Positions 18,626 through 26,760 of a stretch of 64,000 nucleotides of DNA are shown piece after piece (positions within the stretch are counted from its first letter, which is position 1; each line of letters opens with the position of its first letter). Position numbers and translations under genes: made by a program. The stretch lies in the NCBI GenBank assembly GCA_964626075.1, contig CAZVDD010000020.1, positions 2,944-66,943 on the forward strand, read 5' to 3'. A model generated the notes under the pieces. The model had not been told where the DNA came from, made no database searches, and saw only the letters and a list, made by a program, of their open reading frames with translations. This stretch comes from an uncultured bacterium. Its GTDB lineage: Bacteria > Hydrothermota > Tepidihabitantia > Tepidihabitantales > Tepidihabitantaceae.

Positions 18626-21600
18626 TTGAAAAGGACTGGCGTTTTGCTGTTTGCTATTTTTGCGGTGCTCTTTGCCGGCACTGTGAACCAGACCGTTGAC
18701 ATCAAACCGGACCAGGTAGCTTTGCGCCGTTCGGGAAACTATGATGTTGTTGAGTTAACCAGCGGCTTTTTTATCCCCAACCCCGGCAAGCCGCTCCTGC
18801 CTTATACATCCTTGACCCTGCTCATACCGGCTGACGCCCGTGTCACCGCCGTTTCCGCACAACCGGTCGCCACCGAACAACTACCCGGAAGTTTCACCAT
18901 TTTTCCTGCCCCGTCACCGGTTCCCATCTCTGCTCAAACTCCAACCGCCTTTGTCGCACCGGACCCTGAGATTTACAGCTCAAACCACCCTTTTCCCAAC
19001 AGGACACTCTTCTCCCACTCAACCGGCAGCGCTGCGGGATTTAAACTGGTAAATGTCATAATCTGCCCATTTGAATACCATCCCGCGACCCAAAAACTTT
19101 TTCTTCACACCCGAATTGAAGTTGTTGTCTTCTACGAAGAACACGGTTCCACGCCTCTAACCCTGACGCAATCGCAGCGCGACCGAATCCGCCTGAGTCT
19201 GCGTCAACTGATTTCAAACCCCACGGACCTGAACCGTTTTGCCCCGCCGCTAAAAGAAATCGACCAGCCCGCGGTGGACTATTTGATAATAACCAGCGCC
19301 GAACTGTCTTCATCGTTCACTCCCTACATCCAGTACAAAACGAGCCGCGGCTTAAAAACCGAACTGAGAACGGTGGAATGGGTTGCAAACAACTACCCGG
19401 GCAGGGATTTGCCCGAAAAAATTCGCAACCTGATTATTGACTATTTTCACTCCCGTGGCCTATCTTATGTTCTACTCGCCGGAGACAATCTCCAGGTGCC
19501 GACGCGGCGCATTGAGGTCTCCGTGGGAAACGAACAGGGCTCAATACCAACCGACCTCTACTACGGCGACCTTGACTACTCCTGGGACTCGAATCACAAC
19601 AATCGCTTCGGCGAAATGGCAGACTCTGTTGACCTTTACGCCGATGTCTTCGTTGGTCGGGCATCGGTTGACAGCCGTCAACAGGTTGAGAACTTTATCG
19701 CCAAAGTCCAGGCTTTTGAAAACAACCCCGCACCCGATTACATAATGAAAAGCCTTTTGCCTTCCGGCTGGCTCTGGCGTTCCCTTAACTATCATGGCAA
19801 GTTTGTCAACGACTCCATCGCCGAAATCACCCCGCCGGACTGGACCGACCGTAAAATGGAAAATCCGCCCAGCGCGCTGGTTGTCGCCGACTCTTTTGAC
19901 CGGGGATTTTTAATCTTTAACCCCGCAGGCCATGGCAACGAATCCGGTGTTTACGACGAAGATGGCACCGCCATCTACACCAACAGTGTTGCCAGCCGCC
20001 AGCAGAACGACCGCCGCTTTTCCATCATCACCTCCCTCGCTTGCAATCCAGGCAACTTCGAAGCCGAAGACTGCCTTGCCGAAGTTGCCCTGAACTGTCA
20101 GGCGGGCGGCGCCATCGCCGTAATGATGAACTCGCGTTATGGCTGGGGCACACCGCCGGTAATGGGCCCGTCAGAAAAACTGTGCGTCCGGTTTTACGAC
20201 TTCCTCTTTAACTACGCCCAGTACCAAATCGGGCCCTGTCACGACCGTTCCCGGGAGGAGTATGCCGGCGCAGCAATTTACGACCCGCTCTGGCGCTGGT
20301 GTATGACCGAATTCAACCTGCTTGGTGACCCAACAATTGACATCTGGACCGCGCCACCGCATAACCTGGTATTAATTACACCGGACACGATTCGTACCGG
20401 CCCTCAGACATTCACCGCCACAGTTCACGAAGGAGGTAATCCGGCAGCAGGCGCCACGGTTACCGTAAGCAAAGATAGCGTGCTCCTTGCCACCGGCACC
20501 ACGAATAGCCGCGGCATTGTAAGTTTACCCATCCATCCAACAACTACCGGGCAGATCCTCATCACCACCTGGCGCCACAACAACCTGCCCAATTCAAAAA
20601 CTGTTTTCGTCGAACCGGGCGACCCGGAACCATATATTGTCTATCACCGTTATGAACTTGACGACCACGGCCAACCTTATGAAAATGGCGTCCTCGAACC
20701 AGGAGAAACCGCGTTTCTGAAAATCGTTCTCAAAAACATCGGCTCTGCTGCCGCAACCAACACCCATTTAACCCTTCGCACCTTAAACCCTAACATCTCC
20801 ATCCTCGACTCCATTGCATCAATCGGCACCATCCCCGCTGGTGACTCGATACGCGCTGATAATCTGACTGTTGCCGCCGAACCATCTACCCTGCCGGGTT
20901 CATCAGCAGATATGGTGGTGTTGATTCGGTCCGACCAAGGTGAGTTCGAACTCTGGTTTACTATTGAACTGGGCTATCCGGGCAGAACCGCAGCCGAAAT
21001 TGACACCGGTATTTGCGGCCTAACCGTCACCGCGCGGGGAACATTCGGCTATGACCCGGAATTAAACCGCAAGGGCCGTGGTTTCCGTTATCCTGAATCG
21101 GACACCAGCCGATTGAACATCGCCAGTTTTGCGCTCGGCAACTCCAGTGATTACCTTGTCGACCGATTTTACAACCAGACCCGGGGTGGTTTAGACCAGG
21201 ATTGGCACCTGCAAGACAGTCTGCGTCTTTTGCTCCCAATATGGGGTGGCGCTGAGGTACTATTCAGCAGTTTCAACGACCAGGGGCACCCGAACCGACG
21301 CGGTATAGTTGTTGACCAACGGGCATTGGGCTTTTCCCAACCGGAACTCAACCGTTCAATCGCCCTCGTATTTGACATCTGGAACACCTCCGGCGACACC
21401 TTACACAACCTCTATGCCGGTATTCTTGCCGATTTTGATGTCCGGGCAACAGACCGACTGCACGATGTTGCGTTCACCCTGCCCGAACAAAACGCCGCCC
21501 TGATGTACAATGTCAGCTCGCCCTTCCCCTGTGTTGGAATTAAACTCCTTTATCCGCGCACCCCGGCAAACCTTACCTGTATTGACCACAGCCGTTATGT

Positions 21601-22135
21601 TTACCCTGACTCCGGGCTTACCGACGGGATGAAGTTTCGTGCCCTTACCGGGAATCTCGGTGTTCAATCAAGTGACCGCCCTTACAACTGGTCACTTGGG
21701 GTCGCTACCGGTCCATTTAATATCCCCGGGCTCAATGGCAGACAAAAGGTTGCCTTCGCCTTTATTGCGGGGGACGACTCCCTCAACTTTTTGTCTTCCT
21801 GTGCCGCAATTCAGAACTGGTTTGACACCAGTGTCGGATTTGAAGAGGGTACGAAAAGCCTCATCCTGCCCTTTTCTTTAAGCCTTTCACTCCAGCCAAA
21901 TTTAATAACCAGTCATGCTTCAATCTCCTACTCCCTGCCCCGTTCCACTCCTGTAAATATCTCAATCCTCGACATCACCGGAAGAAAAGTCGCCACCCTG
22001 TTTAACCACAAAAACCATCCTGCGGGAACCTACCGAATCCGCTGGCAGCCAAGAAAATTAGTTCCTGGTGTTTACTTCTTGAAACTACAAACCATCGATT
22101 CCAGTATCACCCAGAGGTGCCTGATTCTTAAGTAA
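18626..22135 (+). CDS. large secreted peptidase C25 (gingipain-like) with a T9SS/FlgD-like C-terminal sorting domain
   Basis: 1169 aa with a signal peptide. Candidate catalytic His (NPAGHGNE) and Cys (SLACNPG). The C-terminal ~80 aa (VNISILDITGRKVATLF...GVYFLKLQT) resemble a Por secretion tail. Confidence 0.8.
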   Translation: MKRTGVLLFAIFAVLFAGTVNQTVDIKPDQVALRRSGNYDVVELTSGFFIPNPGKPLLPYTSLTLLIPADARVTAVSAQPVATEQLPGSFTIFPAPSPVPISAQTPTAFVAPDPEIYSSNHPFPNRTLFSHSTGSAAGFKLVNVIICPFEYHPATQKLFLHTRIEVVVFYEEHGSTPLTLTQSQRDRIRLSLRQLISNPTDLNRFAPPLKEIDQPAVDYLIITSAELSSSFTPYIQYKTSRGLKTELRTVEWVANNYPGRDLPEKIRNLIIDYFHSRGLSYVLLAGDNLQVPTRRIEVSVGNEQGSIPTDLYYGDLDYSWDSNHNNRFGEMADSVDLYADVFVGRASVDSRQQVENFIAKVQAFENNPAPDYIMKSLLPSGWLWRSLNYHGKFVNDSIAEITPPDWTDRKMENPPSALVVADSFDRGFLIFNPAGHGNESGVYDEDGTAIYTNSVASRQQNDRRFSIITSLACNPGNFEAEDCLAEVALNCQAGGAIAVMMNSRYGWGTPPVMGPSEKLCVRFYDFLFNYAQYQIGPCHDRSREEYAGAAIYDPLWRWCMTEFNLLGDPTIDIWTAPPHNLVLITPDTIRTGPQTFTATVHEGGNPAAGATVTVSKDSVLLATGTTNSRGIVSLPIHPTTTGQILITTWRHNNLPNSKTVFVEPGDPEPYIVYHRYELDDHGQPYENGVLEPGETAFLKIVLKNIGSAAATNTHLTLRTLNPNISILDSIASIGTIPAGDSIRADNLTVAAEPSTLPGSSADMVVLIRSDQGEFELWFTIELGYPGRTAAEIDTGICGLTVTARGTFGYDPELNRKGRGFRYPESDTSRLNIASFALGNSSDYLVDRFYNQTRGGLDQDWHLQDSLRLLLPIWGGAEVLFSSFNDQGHPNRRGIVVDQRALGFSQPELNRSIALVFDIWNTSGDTLHNLYAGILADFDVRATDRLHDVAFTLPEQNAALMYNVSSPFPCVGIKLLYPRTPANLTCIDHSRYVYPDSGLTDGMKFRALTGNLGVQSSDRPYNWSLGVATGPFNIPGLNGRQKVAFAFIAGDDSLNFLSSCAAIQNWFDTSVGFEEGTKSLILPFSLSLSLQPNLITSHASISYSLPRSTPVNISILDITGRKVATLFNHKNHPAGTYRIRWQPRKLVPGVYFLKLQTIDSSITQRCLILK

Positions 22136-22138
22136 CCG

Positions 22139-22203
22139 CGCGCCAACTATTCTATAAAAACAACTGGCAGCCCTTAATCGGGCTGCCAGTGTCGTTTGGC
22201 GCG
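22139..22203. terminator. bidirectional intrinsic terminator between convergent genes
   Basis: 10-bp GC-rich stem CTGGCAGCCC (22164-22173) / GGGCTGCCAG (22180-22189). On the minus strand it is followed by TTGTTTTTAT. It is nested inside an outer 8-bp stem, CGCGCCAA (22139-22146) / TTGGCGCG (22196-22203). Confidence 0.7.
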
Positions 22204-22213
22204 GTCTGGCTCA

Positions 22214-22414
22214 TCAGGACTTAGCGTCCTGCCCCAAAACGCTCCCCCTCCCAATTTTCTTTAAATCCATTTCACTACCGGTGAGCGCACCGTAAAAACA
22301 GTTGGGCATTACATTCAATCTACCGATATGGTTCACAAACAGCGCGGTAAGATACAAACCAATCCCCATTCCCAGTTCCAGCCACCAGCGCATCTTTAAA
22401 CCCTTGACCCCCAT
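22214..22414 (-). CDS. small hypothetical membrane protein (66 aa)
   Basis: ATG 22414 is preceded by GGAGGTGAAG. One hydrophobic helix (WWLELGMGIGLYLTALFV). Lies 16 nt after the upstream small gene. Confidence 0.55.
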   Translation of the reverse strand: MGVKGLKMRWWLELGMGIGLYLTALFVNHIGRLNVMPNCFYGALTGSEMDLKKIGRGSVLGQDAKS

Positions 22415-22430
22415 CTTCACCTCCACCTGT

Positions 22431-22628
22431 TTACAGACGCTCCCGAACCAGCAGGCGCTCTGTGGTACGGATTCTATCTTGATAGCTCTCAACCGCCTCC
22501 TTCGGACTCACCGGCATCGTAAAAGTTCCCACATCAACACTCTTAAGCCGCAACACAAAAAGCCCTGCAACCAACACTACGCACACCATCAAAAACATCG
22601 CCAACTTCTCTACTCCTTTACCAAACAT
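22431..22628 (-). CDS. small hypothetical membrane protein (65 aa)
   Basis: ATG 22628 is preceded by AAAGGAGGAA. N-terminal TM helix (LAMFLMVCVVLVAGLFVL). It is the first gene after the -24/-12 promoter. Confidence 0.6.
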   Translation of the reverse strand: MFGKGVEKLAMFLMVCVVLVAGLFVLRLKSVDVGTFTMPVSPKEAVESYQDRIRTTERLLVRERL

Positions 22629-22686
22629 ATTTCCTCCTTTTTCTACTTTTACTAACCTTACCTGATTCTTCATACACCTATTTAAA

Positions 22687-22702
22687 AGCACCAACTGTGC
22701 CA
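22687..22702 (-). promoter_or_regulatory. sigma-54 (-24/-12) promoter
   Basis: The minus strand reads TGGCACagttgGTGCT, against the consensus TGGCAC-N5-TTGCW. It lies about 60 nt upstream of ATG 22628 and directly downstream of a sigma-54-type activator gene. Confidence 0.6.
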
Positions 22703-22732
22703 GAAAAATAAAAAATGTTATAAATAACGAAA

Positions 22733-22745
22733 TATCAATATATTA
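22733..22745. promoter_or_regulatory. IHF-like site between the UAS and the -24/-12 promoter
   Basis: TATCAAtataTTA matches WATCAANNNNTTR. It sits in a very AT-rich tract. Confidence 0.35.
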
Positions 22746-22778
22746 CAATATACTGCCACTTCACTTTTCTAAAACTGG

Positions 22779-22797
22779 TGTCTTAGATAATGAGACA
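22779..22797. promoter_or_regulatory. palindromic upstream activator site 1 (TGTCT-N9-AGACA)
   Basis: TGTCTtagataatgAGACA lies about 90 bp upstream of the -24/-12 element. It shares the ATGAGACAGT half-site with UAS 2. Confidence 0.5.
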
Positions 22798-22868
22798 GTA
22801 CTACCGCGATTTAAGCTTTTAAATTACCAGAATAATATTATAACTAATTGAAAATATGTAAGATAATT

Positions 22869-22889
22869 CTGTCTACAACTATGAGACAG
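22869..22889. promoter_or_regulatory. palindromic upstream activator site 2 (CTGTCT-N9-AGACAG)
   Basis: CTGTCTacaactatgAGACAG lies about 180 bp upstream of the -24/-12 element and immediately after the activator stop codon. Confidence 0.5.
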
Positions 22890-22890
22890 T

Positions 22891-25578
22891 TTAGCTTTGC
22901 GGCGTGATGTTATGTTTCTTTAAAAGTCGGTAAAACTGGGCCCTGCTATAGCCGGCAATTTTTGCCGCCTTACTCACATTACCACCTGCCTGTTGCAAAC
23001 AACGAACCAGTGACTCTTTTTCCACTTCTGCCGCCGCCTGTTCCTGTGCCCTGCGCCGGTTGATACGCAAATTGACGGTTTTCTCCAAAGAGAACTCTTC
23101 AACCAACTTCTGAAACTGAACAGGCAGGTCAGACAGCGCGATTTCTTCGCCGCTGGCGAGCAGCACACAGCGCTGAATCACATGCTGCAACTCCCTGATG
23201 TTACCAGGCCAGTGATAGTTAAGAAAACACCTCATAACCTCCGGGGTAACCCCTTTTACCTGCCGATTTGTCTCCTGATTTGCCCATGCGATGAAGTACT
23301 GTACCAGTGGGCCAATATCTTCCTTCCTTTCCCGGAGCGGCGGCAAAAAGATTTCGACGCCGTTAAGACGGTAGTACAGGTCTTCCCGAAATTTCCCCTC
23401 TTTAATTAGCAATTCAAGATTCTGATTGGTCGCTGCTACAACCCGAACATCAACCTTTATCGGTTTTGCCCCACCCACTCGTTCAAACTCCTTCTCCTGG
23501 AGAACCCGCAACAGTTTTGCCTGCAAACCCGGACTCATATCGCCAATCTCGTCGAGAAAAACGGTACCGCCATTGGCAAGTTCAAACTTACCCTTTCGGG
23601 CAACGACGCCGGTTGCCGCCCCTTTTTCCACACCAAAAAACTCTGCTTCTAAAAGCGTCTCGGGCACCGCGGCACAGTTAATTGTTATAAACGGTTTATC
23701 ACACCGCGGACCAGAAAGATGCAGTGCCCGGGCGATAAGCTCCTTGCCGGTGCCGCTTTCTCCCCGAATCAAAACCGGCACTGAAGAATGGGCACTCCGG
23801 GCAACGATTTCAAGATTTTTTCGCATCACCGGCGCATTGCCAATCACACCCGAGAAACACAAACCAGGAATCTCCCGCTCTTCGGACTCCAGCTTAATAC
23901 CCGCGCTCCTTAGTCGCTGAACCGCAGGCATAATCAGCGCTACAATCGTGTTCAAAACTAAAGGATTACACCGTTGAACCGCGCCCGGTTCATACTCTAA
24001 ATAAATGCCGCCGAAAAACGAATCTCCGGCAACAACCGGGAGCCATACTCCTCGCTCAAAGTTCACCTGTTTCCTGCCATTTGCCGCGGCAAATCGCGCT
24101 TCATCTAAGTTCACCTGACCGAAAACAAATCTGGGCTCTCCCTCGCTCAAAAAAGCCCCTCCTCGACAACCCCAGGCTTCGCACATCCTCTTGAATGCTT
24201 CAGTTAAAAAATTCGCCGGTTCCAGCCCCATCGTTGATAGCCCAGACACGGCTGAGAGCACCGCCATATCCCTGTCTACACCCAACTCCAGTCCAAATAG
24301 AATCTGGTTGATCTCATCCGCCTCCGCCACCACACCAAGATTTCTGAACACCTGAGCGGCACGTTTGAGTAAAGCCACCCCCTGTTCCTGTTTACCCTGC
24401 TTCAGGAGAAACCGCCCATATTGAAATTGCACCCGGGCAAACTCGTAACTGTTTTGCGCTCCGGAAAGCAATTCCCGCGCCTTTTCAAAACAGGCAGTTG
24501 CCGCCGCCTCCATCCCCATCTCAATTTCAAGTAACGCCCGTACCCGCAACACCTCCGCTTCCTCTTTGTTCGCCTGTAACTCCCGTGCCATTTCAATCGC
24601 CCGAGCACAAAGCCCGGCACATCGTTCCATCTGCCCTCTTGCCAGTTCCAGCTCTGCCATCCGCCAGTAGATGTCGATTATCCCGAGCCTATCCCGGGTC
24701 CGTTCACAAAGCGTGAGCGCCTCCTGATAAGCCCCGCTTGCCGCTGCCAGATTGTGCCGGCGGAACTCCGCTTCACCTAAATTGATTAACCCCTCCTGTA
24801 ATATCTCTCCTAAACCCTCCCGACCCGCTTTTACCACCTGGCTAAACAGTTCTACCGCCCGGTCTAGACGATTTTTCTTTAAGGCTAACTCGCCAAGGAC
24901 ATTAATCGCATTCCAGCGGACAAAATCGTATCCCCGTTTTTCGGCAAGTGCGATTGCCCGGTAGAGATTTTCCGCCCCCTCTTCCCAGTTTCCCAATTCA
25001 ATCAAAACCCAACCCAGATTGTAGTAATTTACCGCTCGGACCGAGTCATCGCTCTCGTCCGAGAGCATTTCACTACAACTTCGATAATACTTCAGCGCCT
25101 CTTCAAACCGCCCCTGAAAACCGGCAAGGTTTCCCATTTGGTTTAATGCCGCATAAACCCCTTCTTCATACCTATCTTTCTCCCAAATTTCCCGCGCCTG
25201 ACGGTAACAGCCCAGCGCTGCCTCGTATTCACCCGCCTTCTCGTGAATTATCCCCATAAGATAAAACCCACTACCCTGAAGCCGCTGATGCCCCAAATCC
25301 TTTGCCAATTTTAATGTCTGACTGGCATAATGCCGGCTCGCCTCAACATCCCCTAACAATCGGCACACATCCGCCAGCCGCAGAGAAATTCGGACCATCT
25401 GTTCCATTGCACCGATATCCCGGCAAATTTTCAACGCCTCTTCCAGCAGCGGCTTTGCCTCAGTCGGAGCGCTGATGCGCAACTCGTCGCCGAGCGCAAT
25501 AATACAGTTAAGACGCTCTTTATCATCCTGCGCTTTTTTTAATTGCTCCTTTAAACTTCGAAGGTTATCTTTCGGCAT
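22891..25578 (-). CDS. sigma-54-type enhancer-binding protein with a long N-terminal TPR array and a GAF-like sensor
   Basis: 895 aa. About 420 aa of TPR-like repeats, a GAF-like segment, an AAA+ core (GESGTGKELIARALH, VFLDEIGDM, RVVAATN, ELQHVIQR) and a C-terminal Fis-type HTH (NVSKAAKIAGYSRAQFYRLLKK). The GAFTGA loop reads GAATGV. Confidence 0.85.
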   Translation of the reverse strand: MPKDNLRSLKEQLKKAQDDKERLNCIIALGDELRISAPTEAKPLLEEALKICRDIGAMEQMVRISLRLADVCRLLGDVEASRHYASQTLKLAKDLGHQRLQGSGFYLMGIIHEKAGEYEAALGCYRQAREIWEKDRYEEGVYAALNQMGNLAGFQGRFEEALKYYRSCSEMLSDESDDSVRAVNYYNLGWVLIELGNWEEGAENLYRAIALAEKRGYDFVRWNAINVLGELALKKNRLDRAVELFSQVVKAGREGLGEILQEGLINLGEAEFRRHNLAAASGAYQEALTLCERTRDRLGIIDIYWRMAELELARGQMERCAGLCARAIEMARELQANKEEAEVLRVRALLEIEMGMEAAATACFEKARELLSGAQNSYEFARVQFQYGRFLLKQGKQEQGVALLKRAAQVFRNLGVVAEADEINQILFGLELGVDRDMAVLSAVSGLSTMGLEPANFLTEAFKRMCEAWGCRGGAFLSEGEPRFVFGQVNLDEARFAAANGRKQVNFERGVWLPVVAGDSFFGGIYLEYEPGAVQRCNPLVLNTIVALIMPAVQRLRSAGIKLESEEREIPGLCFSGVIGNAPVMRKNLEIVARSAHSSVPVLIRGESGTGKELIARALHLSGPRCDKPFITINCAAVPETLLEAEFFGVEKGAATGVVARKGKFELANGGTVFLDEIGDMSPGLQAKLLRVLQEKEFERVGGAKPIKVDVRVVAATNQNLELLIKEGKFREDLYYRLNGVEIFLPPLRERKEDIGPLVQYFIAWANQETNRQVKGVTPEVMRCFLNYHWPGNIRELQHVIQRCVLLASGEEIALSDLPVQFQKLVEEFSLEKTVNLRINRRRAQEQAAAEVEKESLVRCLQQAGGNVSKAAKIAGYSRAQFYRLLKKHNITPQS

Positions 25579-25596
25579 CGCTTAACTCTCTTTTTC

Positions 25597-25624
25597 AGCA
25601 TAAACACCCAACAATTTGTGTCAA
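25597..25624 (-). promoter_or_regulatory. sigma-70-type promoter for the activator gene
   Basis: On the minus strand: TTGACA (25624-25619), 16-nt spacer, TATGCT (25602-25597). Confidence 0.5.
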
Positions 25625-25636
25625 GCACGACATATT

Positions 25637-25665
25637 TTGACATTACCAGAAAAACCGCTTAATAT
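25637..25665 (+). promoter_or_regulatory. sigma-70-type promoter for the divergent zinc-ribbon gene
   Basis: TTGACA (25637-25642), 17-nt spacer, TAATAT (25660-25665). The ~65-nt leader contains a hairpin (AACGGC...GCCGTT) and an AAGGAG SD. Confidence 0.55.
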
Positions 25666-25732
25666 AATTTCGGCTAAACGGCAGTAAGCCGTTGTTTGTT
25701 CGGGAGGTAAGAGCAAACGAAAGGAGTCAATA

Positions 25733-25981
25733 ATGGCACGACCAACCTGCCCGCAATGCGGTAGCGACAACACCTGGGCTCATTATGAGCATCAGGTCAG
25801 TTCTGTTGGACCCGGTGTCTCAAAAGCCCATGTCTGGGAGCGGGAAGCAGAAATCCTGCCCGATGGTAGACCGATATCAGTTCCCTGTCCCGGCTGCACC
25901 GATGGCATCCAATACCCGCCGCTGTACTTCTATTGTCAAGCCTGCAATCACATCTGGTCACCAAACTCCGGGATTGGATAA
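25733..25981 (+). CDS. small zinc-ribbon protein (three CxxC pairs)
   Basis: 82 aa with CPQC, CPGC and CQAC. Has a good SD and is divergent from the activator gene. Confidence 0.6.
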   Translation: MARPTCPQCGSDNTWAHYEHQVSSVGPGVSKAHVWEREAEILPDGRPISVPCPGCTDGIQYPPLYFYCQACNHIWSPNSGIG

Positions 25982-26004
25982 TGGGTTGAGCCCGCCAGGA
26001 TGGA

Positions 26005-26751
26005 CTACATCAGCATCCCACCATCAACCCGGATAACCTGGCCGGTGATGTAACCCGCCTCTTCGGAAGCAAGGAACAGGCACACTGCGGCAACATCTTG
26101 CGGTGTGCCTGCTCGTTTTAACGGAATCGCCTCGAGATACCGTGCCTTTGTCGTTGCATCGAGTTTTTCGGTCATTGCGGTTGCGATAAACCCCGGGGCA
26201 ATCGCATTCACCGTGATATTTCGCGGCGCCAGCTCTTTGGCAACCGCCTTTGTAAACCCGATTAAACCCGCCTTTGCCGCCGCATAGTTCGCCTGTCCGG
26301 CGTTGCCCATCTGCCCGATAACCGAACTGATATTGACAATTCTTCCCCAGCGCGCCTTCATCATTGCCCGGCAGCCAACTTTTGTCCAGTTGAACGCGCC
26401 TTTGAGATTCACCGCTATCACCCGGTCAAAATCGTCCTCGCTCATCCGTAAAAGTAGATTGTCCCTTGTAATGCCGGCGTTGTTAACTAAAATGTCCAGG
26501 CGGTTAAACCTCTTTTCAATATCTTCACAGGTTTTTACCGCCTGAGTAAAATCGGCAACATCAACCTGATAGGCTACTCCCTCTCCACCCTGTGCTTTAA
26601 GTTCACCAACCACCCGCTCTGCCGCATCTAAAAACAGGTCACACACCGCAACCTGAGCACCTGCTTTTCCCAGTTCCAGCGCAATCGCCCGTCCGATGCC
26701 CGAACCGGCACCGGTCACAACCGCCACTTTACCATTTAATTCGACCTTCAC
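26005..26751 (-). CDS. fabG: 3-oxoacyl-ACP reductase (SDR family)
   Basis: 248 aa with TGAGSGIGRA, NNAG and YAAAKAG motifs. Confidence 0.85.
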   Translation of the reverse strand: MKVELNGKVAVVTGAGSGIGRAIALELGKAGAQVAVCDLFLDAAERVVGELKAQGGEGVAYQVDVADFTQAVKTCEDIEKRFNRLDILVNNAGITRDNLLLRMSEDDFDRVIAVNLKGAFNWTKVGCRAMMKARWGRIVNISSVIGQMGNAGQANYAAAKAGLIGFTKAVAKELAPRNITVNAIAPGFIATAMTEKLDATTKARYLEAIPLKRAGTPQDVAAVCLFLASEEAGYITGQVIRVDGGMLM

Positions 26752-26760
26752 TTAAACCTC

